In this document: piece after piece, positions 18,100-27,599 of the stretch
Numbering within the stretch: position 1 is the stretch's first letter
How the letters are laid out: each line of letters opens with the position of its first letter
Program-made: the position numbers and the translations under genes
Notes under the pieces: generated by a model
What the model saw: only the letters and a program-made list of their open reading frames with translations
Databases searched by the model: none
Told to the model about the DNA's origin: nothing
Source: Gemmatimonas sp.
GTDB lineage: Bacteria; Gemmatimonadota; Gemmatimonadetes; Gemmatimonadales; Gemmatimonadaceae
Assembly: GCA_965279375.1 (NCBI GenBank)
Contig: OZ257156.1
Coordinates: forward strand, 462,383-526,382
DNA: 64,000 bases
Reading direction: 5' to 3'

Positions 18100-20652
18100 C
18101 TACTTGCGTGGCTCGAGGCTTTCCGCTGCGCGATCAGCGATGTCGCTCCAGTGTGCGCGATCGGTCGCCGTGCGTGCAGCCACGGCCGCTGCGCGCGCTT
18201 CACGCTGAATCTCGCGCAGCTGCGCACGCGCCATCGCCGGCAGATCGCTCTGCGCGAGGTTGGGCGCCGTCACGAACGGCACCACGCGCTGCGGTCCGCC
18301 GCCACCACCACCGCCGCCGAAACCGCCAGCGCCACCGGCAGGTGCCGTTGGCGGATTGACCAGCGCATCGAGCCGAGCGACGTACACGCGCTGCAACTGC
18401 CGACGATTGCCATCGGGCGACGCGCCGCCAAACACGCTGCGCTTGAGATCACCCAGGTACTCCGCCAACGGATACGCATTCACCGCGTCGTACTTCTCCG
18501 ACTCGGCGAAGCGCCCCAGACGGCCCGCGTTCAGCAGCGACGTGACCACGCCCGCCTGTCGCCCCGACAGTGTGGCGTTCGGACCGATACGCGACACGAT
18601 CTCCTGCGGCTGCAACCACGATGGCGTAGTGAAGACATTGTCGCTCAGGAACGCGAGCGCGGCCTTCTGACGCGCCTTGGGGAGCACACGATAGACCGCG
18701 CCCGCCTGATCGGCCGTCTTGAGGTCCACCTGCACACCGCCCAGCATCGTGGCGACGTGGCCCATGTAGCCGGCCCACCGACCGATCGACTCTTCGTACA
18801 GCTCCTGCAGGTCCGTGTAGTCTTCGCCGGCGGTCGTGGTCCACGCGACGAGCTGCGGAATCATCCGCTTGTAGTTCATCACGGCGTAAGTGGACGACTT
18901 CACCGGATCGTCGCCAAGATCTTCCGTCTGATTGCGCGGGTCGCCGCTGCCCAAGCCCTGATTGACGAAGCGATACGGGAACGGGCCGCTCTGCTGCGTG
19001 AGCCAGCGATTGAGCGTCGGCTTCTCGGCGTCGGCCGAATTGCCCGCAATGACGCGATAGCCCCAGTTGATCGCAAAGTCGTCGAAGGGTCCAAGGCGAC
19101 GAATGAAATCCTTCGTCTTGAGGCCATCACCCGGCTGCGCGATGTAGTTCTGGCGCGCGTAATCCATGATCGTCGCGCTGACGCCGTACTTGCTCGTGAA
19201 CGTCGGGCTGCGCAGCGAATCCGTCGGGAACGACGCCGACGCCATCATGTTGTGCTGCAGGCCGAGCGCGTGTCCGATTTCGTGCGTGATCACCTGCCGC
19301 ATCGTCTCGCCCATCAGCTCTTCGGGGATGTCGAGCGAACGCGCCGCAGGATTGGACGCACCCGTCTCCATGATGAGCCAGTTGCGATACGAGCGCATGT
19401 GGTTGTGATACCACGTGATCTCGGAGTTGATGATCTCGCCCGAGCGCGGATCGTGCGTGTGCGGTCCCGTTGCGTTGCGCACGAGGCTCGCGGCCCAGCG
19501 CACGACGGAGTAGCGCGCGTCGTCCATGTCGAAATCGGGATCCTGCGCCTTGGTTGGTGCTTCCTTGGCGAGGATCGCGTTCTTGAAGCCCGCCTTCTCG
19601 AAGACGGCCTGCCAGTTCTCGACGCCTTCTTTAACGTAGCGTTTCCAGCGAGTCGGCGTCGCCGGGTCGAGATAGTAGACGATGGGCTTGATCGGCTCGA
19701 CGAGTTCGCCGCGTGCGTAGGCGGCGGGGTCCTTGGGTTCGAGACGCCAGCGCGTGATGAACTCCTGCGAGGCGGCCTTCTGCACGTCGAGACCGTAGTT
19801 GACGCGGTCGACGCTGAAGAAGCCCACGCGCGGATCGAAGTTGCGCGGCTTCATCGGCACCTTGGGCAGCAGCACGATCGACTGCCGCGTTTCCATAGTG
19901 AGCGTGGAGCCATTGCGGTCGCCCGGCGGCGTGGCCGCATCGAACGTCTGTACCTGACGCACTTCGATGTTGATCGGGAAGCTGCGCATGCCACTCACGT
20001 AGCTGCGCGCCGGATCGTAGCGACGCACGCCGTAGGTGCGACGCGCATCGGCACTGAGCCCTGAGGTCGCGGGATTGTCCGTGGCGAAGAAGTCGGTGAC
20101 ATCGACCACGTACGCCGCGCTGTCGCGCGAAAAGGCCGCGATGGGAAATGCAGCGAGGATCGGCGCGTAGTTGTTCTGCGCGACGCTCTTGGCGATGGGA
20201 AGCGTGTCGTCGGCGACGACATCGGGGCTGATGCTCTTGAGCAGCACGCGATCAGTCGCGCGCTCCCAGCGCACCATCCGCTCGTTGAGCGAGCTGCCGG
20301 CGCTCTGGAATCCACCAGAACCAGCCGGCACGCCAGCGACACGGGTGACCATCAGGAAGTCGCGACCGATCAACGAATCGGGCACTTCGAAGAAGAAGCG
20401 CTCATCGACCTTGTGCACGGTGATGCCGCCGCGCTCGGTCACCGCGCGTGCCGTGATCACCTGCGCGTACGGGCGTGGGCCGCGACGAGCTGCCGCAGCG
20501 GCTGCCGGATTCGCGCCGGCCTCACCAGCGGCAGCAGGCGCCGCTGGCGGTGCCGCTGGTGGGTTCTGCGCCTGCGCGGCGGTAGCGGCGAGGCTCAACG
20601 CCGCGCCAAGCCCGCCGAGCGAACGTCCGAATTGACGTCCTGAGTATGCCAT
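18100..20652 (-). CDS. Large secreted zinc metalloprotease (HEXXH; DUF5117/DUF4953-type)
   Basis: ATG at 20652 (MAYSGRQFGRSLGGLGAALSLAATAAQAQ). Active site VITHEIGHALGLQHNMMAS. Pro/Ala-rich linker after the signal peptide. A poly-Gly tract (GGAGGFGGGGGGGGPQ) near the C-terminus. Confidence 0.8.
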   Translation of the reverse strand: MAYSGRQFGRSLGGLGAALSLAATAAQAQNPPAAPPAAPAAAGEAGANPAAAAAARRGPRPYAQVITARAVTERGGITVHKVDERFFFEVPDSLIGRDFLMVTRVAGVPAGSGGFQSAGSSLNERMVRWERATDRVLLKSISPDVVADDTLPIAKSVAQNNYAPILAAFPIAAFSRDSAAYVVDVTDFFATDNPATSGLSADARRTYGVRRYDPARSYVSGMRSFPINIEVRQVQTFDAATPPGDRNGSTLTMETRQSIVLLPKVPMKPRNFDPRVGFFSVDRVNYGLDVQKAASQEFITRWRLEPKDPAAYARGELVEPIKPIVYYLDPATPTRWKRYVKEGVENWQAVFEKAGFKNAILAKEAPTKAQDPDFDMDDARYSVVRWAASLVRNATGPHTHDPRSGEIINSEITWYHNHMRSYRNWLIMETGASNPAARSLDIPEELMGETMRQVITHEIGHALGLQHNMMASASFPTDSLRSPTFTSKYGVSATIMDYARQNYIAQPGDGLKTKDFIRRLGPFDDFAINWGYRVIAGNSADAEKPTLNRWLTQQSGPFPYRFVNQGLGSGDPRNQTEDLGDDPVKSSTYAVMNYKRMIPQLVAWTTTAGEDYTDLQELYEESIGRWAGYMGHVATMLGGVQVDLKTADQAGAVYRVLPKARQKAALAFLSDNVFTTPSWLQPQEIVSRIGPNATLSGRQAGVVTSLLNAGRLGRFAESEKYDAVNAYPLAEYLGDLKRSVFGGASPDGNRRQLQRVYVARLDALVNPPTAPAGGAGGFGGGGGGGGPQRVVPFVTAPNLAQSDLPAMARAQLREIQREARAAAVAARTATDRAHWSDIADRAAESLEPRK

Positions 20653-20827
20653 TGCAACTCCAGTGAGATCCGCGCGACGACGACGCGGGGGGAAGTCGGC
20701 AGCCGAACGCTGCCGCAGACGTGATGCGAACGAGGCAAGTCTCGCGTGAGGAGGCAGCCCGAGCAAGGCGCGAGCTGCGCTACTCTGCGAACTCGCCAGC
20801 GTGACGATGGCGTGCTACCCTTGGCGC

Positions 20828-22516
20828 ATGCACACCACACCTGCCGCACGCGTCCTGATCTTCACGCTCCTCTGCGGGTTCGCCGCCCCCCAGATCGCGT
20901 CCGCCCAATCGGATACAGACGCACGCTTGCGTCGCGCCAAGGCAGCAGCCGAGCGCATTCGGTCCGAGGATATTCTGCGAGACGTGAGCTATCTCGCCTC
21001 CGACGCGAACATGGGTCGGCGTACCCCGTTCCCCGGGCTCGCCTCACCCGGATATGACTCGGCGGCCAAATACGTAGCGGACTTCCTGCGCACCGCAGGC
21101 GTCAAGCCGATGGGCGACGGCGGCACCTACTTTCAGTACTACACCGTCACGCGCAGCACGCTGGATACCGTGAAGGTCAGTGGTGCGATTGGGGCCGAAC
21201 CGCTCAAGTGGGGCGACGACTTCATCGTGAACAGCTTTCTCGTGCCCGGCGTGCGCGACGCCAATGTGGTTTATGTCGGCAATGGCATTCGCCTGCTCAA
21301 GCGCGGCATCGATCCGTACGCCGGTTTGGACATCAAGGGAAAGTGGCTGCTGGTCAGCGGCGCGCCGCCACAGACAGGACGCGGCGCCGTACGGGCCGGC
21401 ATGCCCGCCGGCACGGTGGGTATCGACTACCTCACGATCACCGAAGTGGCGCGGTTTGGTGGCGCACTGGGCATCATCACCGTCGCCAGCGATTCCGTGC
21501 GAGCCAACTGGTCGCGACGCGCCGTGATTGGGCAGGATCTCAACCCAGCGCTCGGTGTGGCGTACGCGCAGTATCAGGTGCCGAGTATTTCGATTTCAAC
21601 TGCGGCATTGTCGAAACTGGTCGCTGGCACATCGTTGTCGTCGGAAATGGTGCTCTCGCGTGATTCCACCATTGCGCGACCGTCGCTTGACCTCGGCGCG
21701 GACCATCGGCTGCGCATCGACTTTGCGGCGACCACGTTGGACGCGCGTCCGTACAATGTCGTTGGCATGCTGGAAGGCTCAGACCCTGTGCTCAAGAACG
21801 AGTGGGTGTCGCTGGCGGCGCATCTCGACGGTGCCGTGCCCGCCAACGGGAGTGTACCGGGCAACGCACTACCCGATCAGTTCAACGCCGCCGATGACAA
21901 TGCCAGCGGCAGCGCTGGCAACATGGCCGTGGTGCGCGCCCTGCTGGCTGCGCCGCGTCCGAAGCGGTCGATCCTGCTGATCTGGGACTCCGGTGAAGAA
22001 GTCGGACTGTGGGGGACGCGGGCGATCGCCTACGGACCGTGGTCCGAGAAGATCGTGCTGCACGTCAGCAACGACATGATCGGTCGCAGTCGACCCAACA
22101 ACAGCCCCAAAGAGCTGACCTTGTCCTCGACCGACTCGATTTATGTGACGGGACCGATGCTGCTTAGCACGCGCATCGAAGCGGCGCTCAAGCAAGCCGC
22201 GAAAGACTTTCCGTTCATTGCGCTGGACCGTCGATACGAAGACGTGAGTGCCGCGTACTACTACCCGCGCACCGATGCCGGTCCGTATCTCGAGCGCGGG
22301 ATTCCCATCATGCAGTTCTTCAATGGCGAGCACGTCGACTATCATCGGCCGACCGATGATGTGGCGAAGCTCGACATCCGGAAGATCACCAACGTTTCCA
22401 AGTTGTCATTCGGTGCGCTCTGGCTCGCCGCCGATGACGCGTCGCGTCTGCTCTGGGACGGGATCGTGCCCGAGACACTCTGGTGGGTGAAGCCGCGACG
22501 GGCCGCGACGCCGTAG
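20828..22516 (+). CDS. M28-family aminopeptidase with PA-type insert, secreted
   Basis: ATG at 20828 (MHTTPAARVLIFTLLCGFAAPQIASAQ). FNAADDNASGSAGNMAVVRAL and IWDSGEEVGLWGT (M28 co-catalytic zinc ligands), then EHVDYHRPTDD. Confidence 0.85.
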   Translation: MHTTPAARVLIFTLLCGFAAPQIASAQSDTDARLRRAKAAAERIRSEDILRDVSYLASDANMGRRTPFPGLASPGYDSAAKYVADFLRTAGVKPMGDGGTYFQYYTVTRSTLDTVKVSGAIGAEPLKWGDDFIVNSFLVPGVRDANVVYVGNGIRLLKRGIDPYAGLDIKGKWLLVSGAPPQTGRGAVRAGMPAGTVGIDYLTITEVARFGGALGIITVASDSVRANWSRRAVIGQDLNPALGVAYAQYQVPSISISTAALSKLVAGTSLSSEMVLSRDSTIARPSLDLGADHRLRIDFAATTLDARPYNVVGMLEGSDPVLKNEWVSLAAHLDGAVPANGSVPGNALPDQFNAADDNASGSAGNMAVVRALLAAPRPKRSILLIWDSGEEVGLWGTRAIAYGPWSEKIVLHVSNDMIGRSRPNNSPKELTLSSTDSIYVTGPMLLSTRIEAALKQAAKDFPFIALDRRYEDVSAAYYYPRTDAGPYLERGIPIMQFFNGEHVDYHRPTDDVAKLDIRKITNVSKLSFGALWLAADDASRLLWDGIVPETLWWVKPRRAATP

Positions 22517-22564
22517 CGTCACGACGCCGTAACGTCACGACGCCGTAACGTCAGGACGCGATGG
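22501..22564. repeat. About four tandem copies of a 16-bp unit (cgtcacgacgccgtaa) spanning a convergent stop-codon junction
   Basis: Copies at 22517-22532 and 22533-22548 are identical. The flanking copies at 22501-22516 (12/16 match) and 22549-22564 (11/16 match) are degenerate. Copy 0 holds the M28 stop (TAG, 22514-22516). Copy 3 holds the minus-strand MBL stop (TCA, 22551-22553). Confidence 0.85.
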
Positions 22565-23555
22565 ACAGCGCTGCGATCCCTTTGCCCAGCGTGAAGCTCG
22601 ACCCGACGGCACTCACCACCGCGTTCTTTCGCGTCAATCCTGCTCGGGCTCGTATGCGATACACCGCCTCGATGCCCGTGCAGTGTCCGCCGAGCAGGTA
22701 AGTGAGGCCCGCCTCCTTGAGCTTGCCCGCGGTCCACTCAAGCTGTTCGTCGGTGGCGTTGAACAGATGGAACCCACCGATGGCGGCGTGCAGCGGTGCG
22801 TCTCGTACCACGCGCTTGGCGTAGGTCACGGTGTTGACGATGCCAGCATGCCCACAGCCTGACACAAGCACCAGGCCGTCTGCGGTATCGATCACCAGCG
22901 AGGCATCCTCGGGGACGTTGTCGTCGACGTCACCCGTGGGCGTCTTGAGCACTCGTGATCCGCTCCAGTTACGCTCGGGGAATGTGCGGGGCACCGGTCC
23001 CGTGAACCACACACCCGGCGCGAGCTCTTCCGCGCCGGCATGCTCCACAAATACGCCGCCCGTCGCTTCGTAGGCGGCGCGATCCTTCAGCAAGCCGTTG
23101 TCATCCGAGCCGTTGGGGTTCAAACGTGGCCAGAAGATGCCACGGGCAACATGCACGCGGCTCAGCGCCGCGGCGTTCTTCGCTCGCATCGCACGACGCA
23201 GCGTGAGCAGTCCGCCCGTGTGATCGTCGTGATTGTGCGTGATCACCACGTCGGTGATGCTGGAAAGATCGATACCCAGTTCCGCCGCGTTCTTCAGCAC
23301 GGTCTCAGGGCGCGCACCGGTGTCGAACAACCAGCGTCGGCCGTCCACCTCGATCAGCGCAGCGTATCCCCACTCGCCTGTTCCGCGATCCGGGTTGCCG
23401 GCGAGCATGGTGGAGAGCACCGTGACCTTCACTTCACGGGCGAGTGCATGCGCGGCGGGTCGCGGACGAGAAGCGGTGCTGGACGGCGTCAGGCCGGTTA
23501 CGGGAAGCAGCAGAGACGCCGCGGCGGCGAGTGAAAGCAATCGCATGATGTGCAT
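22551..23555 (-). CDS. Secreted MBL-fold metallo-hydrolase
   Basis: Signal peptide MHIMRLLSLAAAASLLLPVTG. VVITHNHDDHTGG (HxHxDH), a later CGHAG, and LLGGHCTG. Confidence 0.8.
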   Translation of the reverse strand: MHIMRLLSLAAAASLLLPVTGLTPSSTASRPRPAAHALAREVKVTVLSTMLAGNPDRGTGEWGYAALIEVDGRRWLFDTGARPETVLKNAAELGIDLSSITDVVITHNHDDHTGGLLTLRRAMRAKNAAALSRVHVARGIFWPRLNPNGSDDNGLLKDRAAYEATGGVFVEHAGAEELAPGVWFTGPVPRTFPERNWSGSRVLKTPTGDVDDNVPEDASLVIDTADGLVLVSGCGHAGIVNTVTYAKRVVRDAPLHAAIGGFHLFNATDEQLEWTAGKLKEAGLTYLLGGHCTGIEAVYRIRARAGLTRKNAVVSAVGSSFTLGKGIAALSIAS

Positions 23556-23576
23556 CAGGAAACGGGGGTGAGTGGA

Positions 23577-25031
23577 TCAGGGGCGCGGACGCCCCGGTGC
23601 ACTGCTTCCGCGAGCGGACAACCACGTCGCAATGATGTCGCGCACCTCCACGCCGGTGCTGTTGCGCACCACGCGCCCGAGCACGTCAGCGGTCACCGGC
23701 GTTGGCGAGTCAGCGCACCACGACATCACGCCGCGCGCCACATCGCGAAAGGTACGCTTGCCCTTGGTGGCGCGGCGAATGCGCTGATCGATCGCTTCCG
23801 CCATCAGCCCGCCGCGCCCGAATACGGCCTGACTGATGCGAAAGTCGTCCGAATACTGATGCGACGCAACGGCGGACAGCGCGCCGGTCGTGCGGCCACC
23901 AAGCGGAGCGAGCGTGTCGAGCGCGGCCGCATCGAACCGGACGGCAGCGCGCGCACGCCGAAGCTGCTCCGCGTCCGCGCCCGTACCTGCGGCGATATCC
24001 GCCGCGATGTACTGCGCCCATCCCTCGGAGAACCAGATTCCTTCAATAGGCTCGGCGAAGTCCCACGTGAACGGATAGTAGCCCGCGGGTGCACACTGCT
24101 TGGGAAGCCAGCTGTGCACGGTGTGATGCACGAGGTTGTAGTACGTGCGACTGCGACCGGCATCGCTCATGTCCACCTGGCCCAGTGCGAACCGGTAGGT
24201 GGCGCTCTCCAGATGCTCCATCGAGAAGCGATACTCGTGTGCGCTGGAGAGCGGCCGCAGTAGTTCGAACGATGTGGTGTAATGCGAAACCGGAATCGTC
24301 CCGAAGTAGTCCGCCGTGGCACGCAGCGCAGTCGCAGCGAGCTCCGCGAGGCTGTCGGCCGCGAACGGTTGCTCCGCGTACAGTGCCAGCGTGAACGGCA
24401 CGGCACTCGACGCGTTGCTCAACACCAGATCGGGGCCAGCCATGATCTGCGCATCGGCAAGCGCGTAGAAGTTGCGGACATTCACACGAACGGAACCCGC
24501 CGATGCGCCGTGCACCAACGTGGTCAGCACGCGCCATGACGACGGCACTTGCACGTCGAGCTGAATCGGCGCGTCGGTGAGTCCGTCCACGAAACCGAAC
24601 ACGGAGTATCCGAGCAAGCCGAGATATCCGGCGCGCACTCGACTGGCGTCGCCACCGTTGAGAATCTCGCGCTCCATGCGCGCGATGTTGACCTGGTATC
24701 GAATCGAGGCGAGGGAGTGCGCCGCGTCGGCGTCGATACGCCACCTCGGACCATCGAGATCGATGACCGTGAGCGCGTTCCCCGACGCATCACGCGCGTC
24801 CAAACCGCTGACGAATCGATCGTACGGTTGCGTCCCGTATCCCATGGGGATCGCGCGCGGCATACCGAAATCGACACGGCGCCGGCGCGGCTGTGGCAGC
24901 GCGATCTCGATCGAGACCATCGAGTCAGCCGCGGTGTCGTAGCGCACGCGATACGTGAGTACAGGAGGCTCCTGCACCGCGATCGTCACGGAAGCCAGCA
25001 GAGCAAGCAGCATGTGGTGTCCTCGAGACAT
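23577..25031 (-). CDS. M61-like (glycyl-aminopeptidase-fold) protein with a non-canonical HHxxH site
   Basis: The N-terminal region resembles the M61 N-domain layout. The segment YYNLVHHTVHSWLPK ... IWFSEGWAQYIA aligns with the M61 HEXXHxW ... EG motif, but Glu is replaced by His (nt 24114-24128 = cat cac acc gtg cac on the minus strand). No PDZ-like tail. Confidence 0.55.
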   Translation of the reverse strand: MSRGHHMLLALLASVTIAVQEPPVLTYRVRYDTAADSMVSIEIALPQPRRRRVDFGMPRAIPMGYGTQPYDRFVSGLDARDASGNALTVIDLDGPRWRIDADAAHSLASIRYQVNIARMEREILNGGDASRVRAGYLGLLGYSVFGFVDGLTDAPIQLDVQVPSSWRVLTTLVHGASAGSVRVNVRNFYALADAQIMAGPDLVLSNASSAVPFTLALYAEQPFAADSLAELAATALRATADYFGTIPVSHYTTSFELLRPLSSAHEYRFSMEHLESATYRFALGQVDMSDAGRSRTYYNLVHHTVHSWLPKQCAPAGYYPFTWDFAEPIEGIWFSEGWAQYIAADIAAGTGADAEQLRRARAAVRFDAAALDTLAPLGGRTTGALSAVASHQYSDDFRISQAVFGRGGLMAEAIDQRIRRATKGKRTFRDVARGVMSWCADSPTPVTADVLGRVVRNSTGVEVRDIIATWLSARGSSAPGRPRP

Positions 25032-25143
25032 GTCTTCGCGATGCGATGACCGTGCCTGCGTGATTCCGTTTGTCAGGCTGGCCGGACTCCATGGTACGCT
25101 GCGGCGTGATCCCTTGCCAACCGTTCTTCGCGCCGAGCACTAT

Positions 25144-25713
25144 ATGGCCATGCCCGCAACGCAATCGCATCGGTGGACAGCGGACGACGTCCGCGCGCTT
25201 CCCGACGAACCAGGAAAGCGCTTCGAGTGCGTTGACGGCGAGCTGCTGGTGAGTCCCGGACCGCGACTGCCGCATCAGTCCGCAGTATTTCTGTTGACGC
25301 GAGACCTGGACGGATACTGCCGGTCGCAGGGCGTCGGGTCGGTTTTCACTGGCCCAGGCGAACTGGAGCTCGACCGCTACACGCTCGTGCAGCCCGACGT
25401 CTTCGTGTTGCCGCTGGTCGATGGCAAGCGAGCCGTTACGCAGGAAGCGGCGGGACATCCTCTGCTGTTCGTCGAGGTGCTCTCACCTGGAACGGCGCGC
25501 TACGATCGGGTGGTCAAGCGCGGGCGCTATCAGCGCTACTGCGTCGAATACTGGATCGCCGACCTCGACGCGCGCGTCATCGAACGGTGGACGCCGTCCA
25601 CCGACCGACCGGAGATCCTGACCGGCTCGATGACATGGCAGCCCGAGTCGTCGCTCGCGCCGCTCACGATCGATCTCGACGCGCTGTTCGGAGAGGCGCT
25701 GGGCGAGCGCTAA
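25144..25713 (+). CDS. Uma2-family (DUF820) restriction-endonuclease-fold protein
   Basis: ATG at 25144 (MAMPATQSHRWTADDVRALPDEPGKRFECVDGELLVSP). Later LVQPDVFVL, FVEVLSPGTARYDRVVKRGRYQRYCVEYWIADLD. This matches the typical Uma2 D...(D/E)xK core layout. Confidence 0.85.
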   Translation: MAMPATQSHRWTADDVRALPDEPGKRFECVDGELLVSPGPRLPHQSAVFLLTRDLDGYCRSQGVGSVFTGPGELELDRYTLVQPDVFVLPLVDGKRAVTQEAAGHPLLFVEVLSPGTARYDRVVKRGRYQRYCVEYWIADLDARVIERWTPSTDRPEILTGSMTWQPESSLAPLTIDLDALFGEALGER

Positions 25714-25717
25714 TCAG

Positions 25718-26905
25718 TCAGCGCTTTTCCCACGGATTCGCGAACGCCGGATTCCGCAGGAACGTCGAGTCGGTGAGCGTCTCGAGAAACGCCAGCAGAT
25801 CCGCCTTGTCCGTGGCGGACATCGCAAAGCCGTGCACACTCGGCGCCTTGTTGGGGTTGTTGCGCCCCACGCCGGCGTTGGGACCGCTGGCGATGGTGCG
25901 TCCGCCGGCGGCGTAGTGATCGAGCACCTCGCCCAGCGTCGCGATGGATCCGTCGTGCATGTAGGGCGCGGTCACCGCGATGTTGCGCAGCGTCGGCACG
26001 CGGAACTTGCCTACGTCGGATTCGCGCCCGGTGATCGCATGCACGCCAGTATTGCTGGCTGGATAGGAGACAGGCCCCGGGATGTTGTAGAGTCCTGTGT
26101 TGAAGAAGGAGACCCGAGCATTGTCGTGGTCGGCATAGCGCACGTCGCCGTTGAAATTCCAGCCGCCGTGGCACTGGAAGCAGGCGCCGCGTTGCCCCGA
26201 GAAGAAAAAGATCTCGCCGCGCTTGGCCGCCGGTGAGATCGCATCGCGCTCGCCGCCGTAGCGATACCGATCGTACGGGGAGCGCAGCGAGATGAGCGTT
26301 CGTTCAAAGGCGGCGATAGCTCGCGTGATGTTCTCCAGCGAGACCTTCTCGTGCTCCGTCGGGAAGGCGCGCGCGAACAACCGTCGATACAGCCCGTCGT
26401 TTGAAATCGTGCGCATCAACGCGTCCTGGCGACCGCCCAGCCCAAGCTCGATGGGGTGCGCTGCGAACATCGGCACGAGCGCCTGGCTTTCGAGCCACTG
26501 CATTGGGGGGTTAGCCCAAGTCAGCACCGGATTGTACCCGGCATTTGCCAGACTCATGCTGCCGCGCGGATGCTGCTCGCCCGTGGCACCTACTGCGCTC
26601 GCCTTGCCATCGGTGAACGCGAGTTCCTGCCGATGGCAGCTCGCGCACGACTGCTTTCCGTTGCCCGACAGGCGTTGATCGTAGAACAACCGTCGTCCCA
26701 GTTCGACCTTGGCCGCATTCATGGGATTGTCCGCAGGCACAAAGGGCGCAGGGAACGGCTTGGGCACATCGAAGACAAACGGCGCGTCCTGCGCGCGCAC
26801 GCCACGCGTCGTGAAGGGTGCCGACCCCAATGGCGCCGTCGCATGCGGCACCAGCGAGAGCAGGATCAGCAGCGCGATCGCGCTCGGGATACTCATCCGC
26901 TTCAT
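25718..26905 (-). CDS. Di-heme cytochrome c peroxidase-family enzyme (MbnH/MauG-like), secreted
   Basis: Signal peptide. Two heme c sites, CASCHRQELAFTDG and CFQCHGGWNFNG. Also VPTLRNIAVTAPYMHDGS, typical of the CCP/MauG family. Confidence 0.85.
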   Translation of the reverse strand: MKRMSIPSAIALLILLSLVPHATAPLGSAPFTTRGVRAQDAPFVFDVPKPFPAPFVPADNPMNAAKVELGRRLFYDQRLSGNGKQSCASCHRQELAFTDGKASAVGATGEQHPRGSMSLANAGYNPVLTWANPPMQWLESQALVPMFAAHPIELGLGGRQDALMRTISNDGLYRRLFARAFPTEHEKVSLENITRAIAAFERTLISLRSPYDRYRYGGERDAISPAAKRGEIFFFSGQRGACFQCHGGWNFNGDVRYADHDNARVSFFNTGLYNIPGPVSYPASNTGVHAITGRESDVGKFRVPTLRNIAVTAPYMHDGSIATLGEVLDHYAAGGRTIASGPNAGVGRNNPNKAPSVHGFAMSATDKADLLAFLETLTDSTFLRNPAFANPWEKR

Positions 26906-26914
26906 CGGTGATGC

Positions 26915-27469
26915 CTACTTGCTCACCTGCACGACGGTGAGCGACGACAACAGTCGCACCGAGCGCGCGCCGCGCTTGTCCTTGGGCACGACAAGTCGGA
27001 ACGCGCCCTGCTCGCCAAAGAGCGGCTGCCCGTTGGCGCTGTCGGCCAGCAGGTACTGCCCGTCCGTGAGATCGGGATCGAGCTCGCCCAGCGAGAACAC
27101 CACCTGATAGCCATCGCTGGCTGCTGCGATCAGGTACCCGGCGAGGGCACGGCCGCGCATCCCTGCGCCAAAAGGGACGCCCGCGCGCTTGAGCACCTCG
27201 GAAATCAGCACGCCGCTGTACGTCGTAACGATCCCGTTGCTGGTGGTGCTCACGGTGACACGCGGCATGGCCGCGAGATCGCTCGCCGACAACGTGAGCG
27301 GCGTCGGGACGGCACCAGTGATCGAGACTGTCGGCGCGCTTGCTGTAGCCTGCTGCGCCCGTGCGCTGCTCGTGACGGGCGACGGCGCCGCGGCGACGAC
27401 TGCCCAGAGGAGCGCGAGCCCGCGGAGCCGGTGCGACCACTCAGACGAATGTCGGGAAGCGAAACTCAT
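26915..27469 (-). CDS. Small secreted protein with an oxidoreductase molybdopterin-binding-like (YedY/sulfite-oxidase fold) domain
   Basis: ATG at 27469 (MSFASRHSSEWSHRLRGLALLWAVVAAAPSP...). ITGAVPTPLTLSASDLAAMP...YSGVLISEVLKRAG...DGYQVVFSLGELD...GAFRLVVPKDKRGARSVR resembles the short 'molybdopterin-dependent oxidoreductase' domain proteins. Its stop lies 9 nt upstream of the di-heme gene. Confidence 0.55.
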   Translation of the reverse strand: MSFASRHSSEWSHRLRGLALLWAVVAAAPSPVTSSARAQQATASAPTVSITGAVPTPLTLSASDLAAMPRVTVSTTSNGIVTTYSGVLISEVLKRAGVPFGAGMRGRALAGYLIAAASDGYQVVFSLGELDPDLTDGQYLLADSANGQPLFGEQGAFRLVVPKDKRGARSVRLLSSLTVVQVSK

Positions 27470-27599
27470 CGCGTTGGCAGGCATTGGCATGGCGTTGGTC
27501 AGCGCGCAGAATGTGGCAGACTCTGAAACCCGTGCTCCGCCGAACATCGGGCCCGGCGCGCGCGTAGATCGAAAGTTACTTCCCCTCACCACTGTCTAC

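Noticed and set aside
18094-20064. A 656-aa plus-strand ORF antisense to the zinc metalloprotease
   Set aside because: The minus-strand frame contains the HEIGHALGLQHN active site and a signal peptide. The plus-strand product is Arg-rich low complexity.
27470-27520. Sigma-54-like TGGCA repeats (gttggcaggcattggcatggcgttggtc) upstream of the S9 peptidase
   Set aside because: The GG-N10-GC spacing is not satisfied in any register, and the -12 element reads TTGG rather than TTGC.
27189-27599. N-terminal extension of the S9 dipeptidyl-peptidase ORF, and similar extensions at 38-184, 9369-9560, 14390-14686, 14965-15042, 24955-25143, 39587-39862, 40447-40623 and 49531-49692
   Set aside because: The extensions overlap neighbouring genes or lack any signal or motif. 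In each case an internal start yields a canonical signal peptide, lipobox or family N-terminus.
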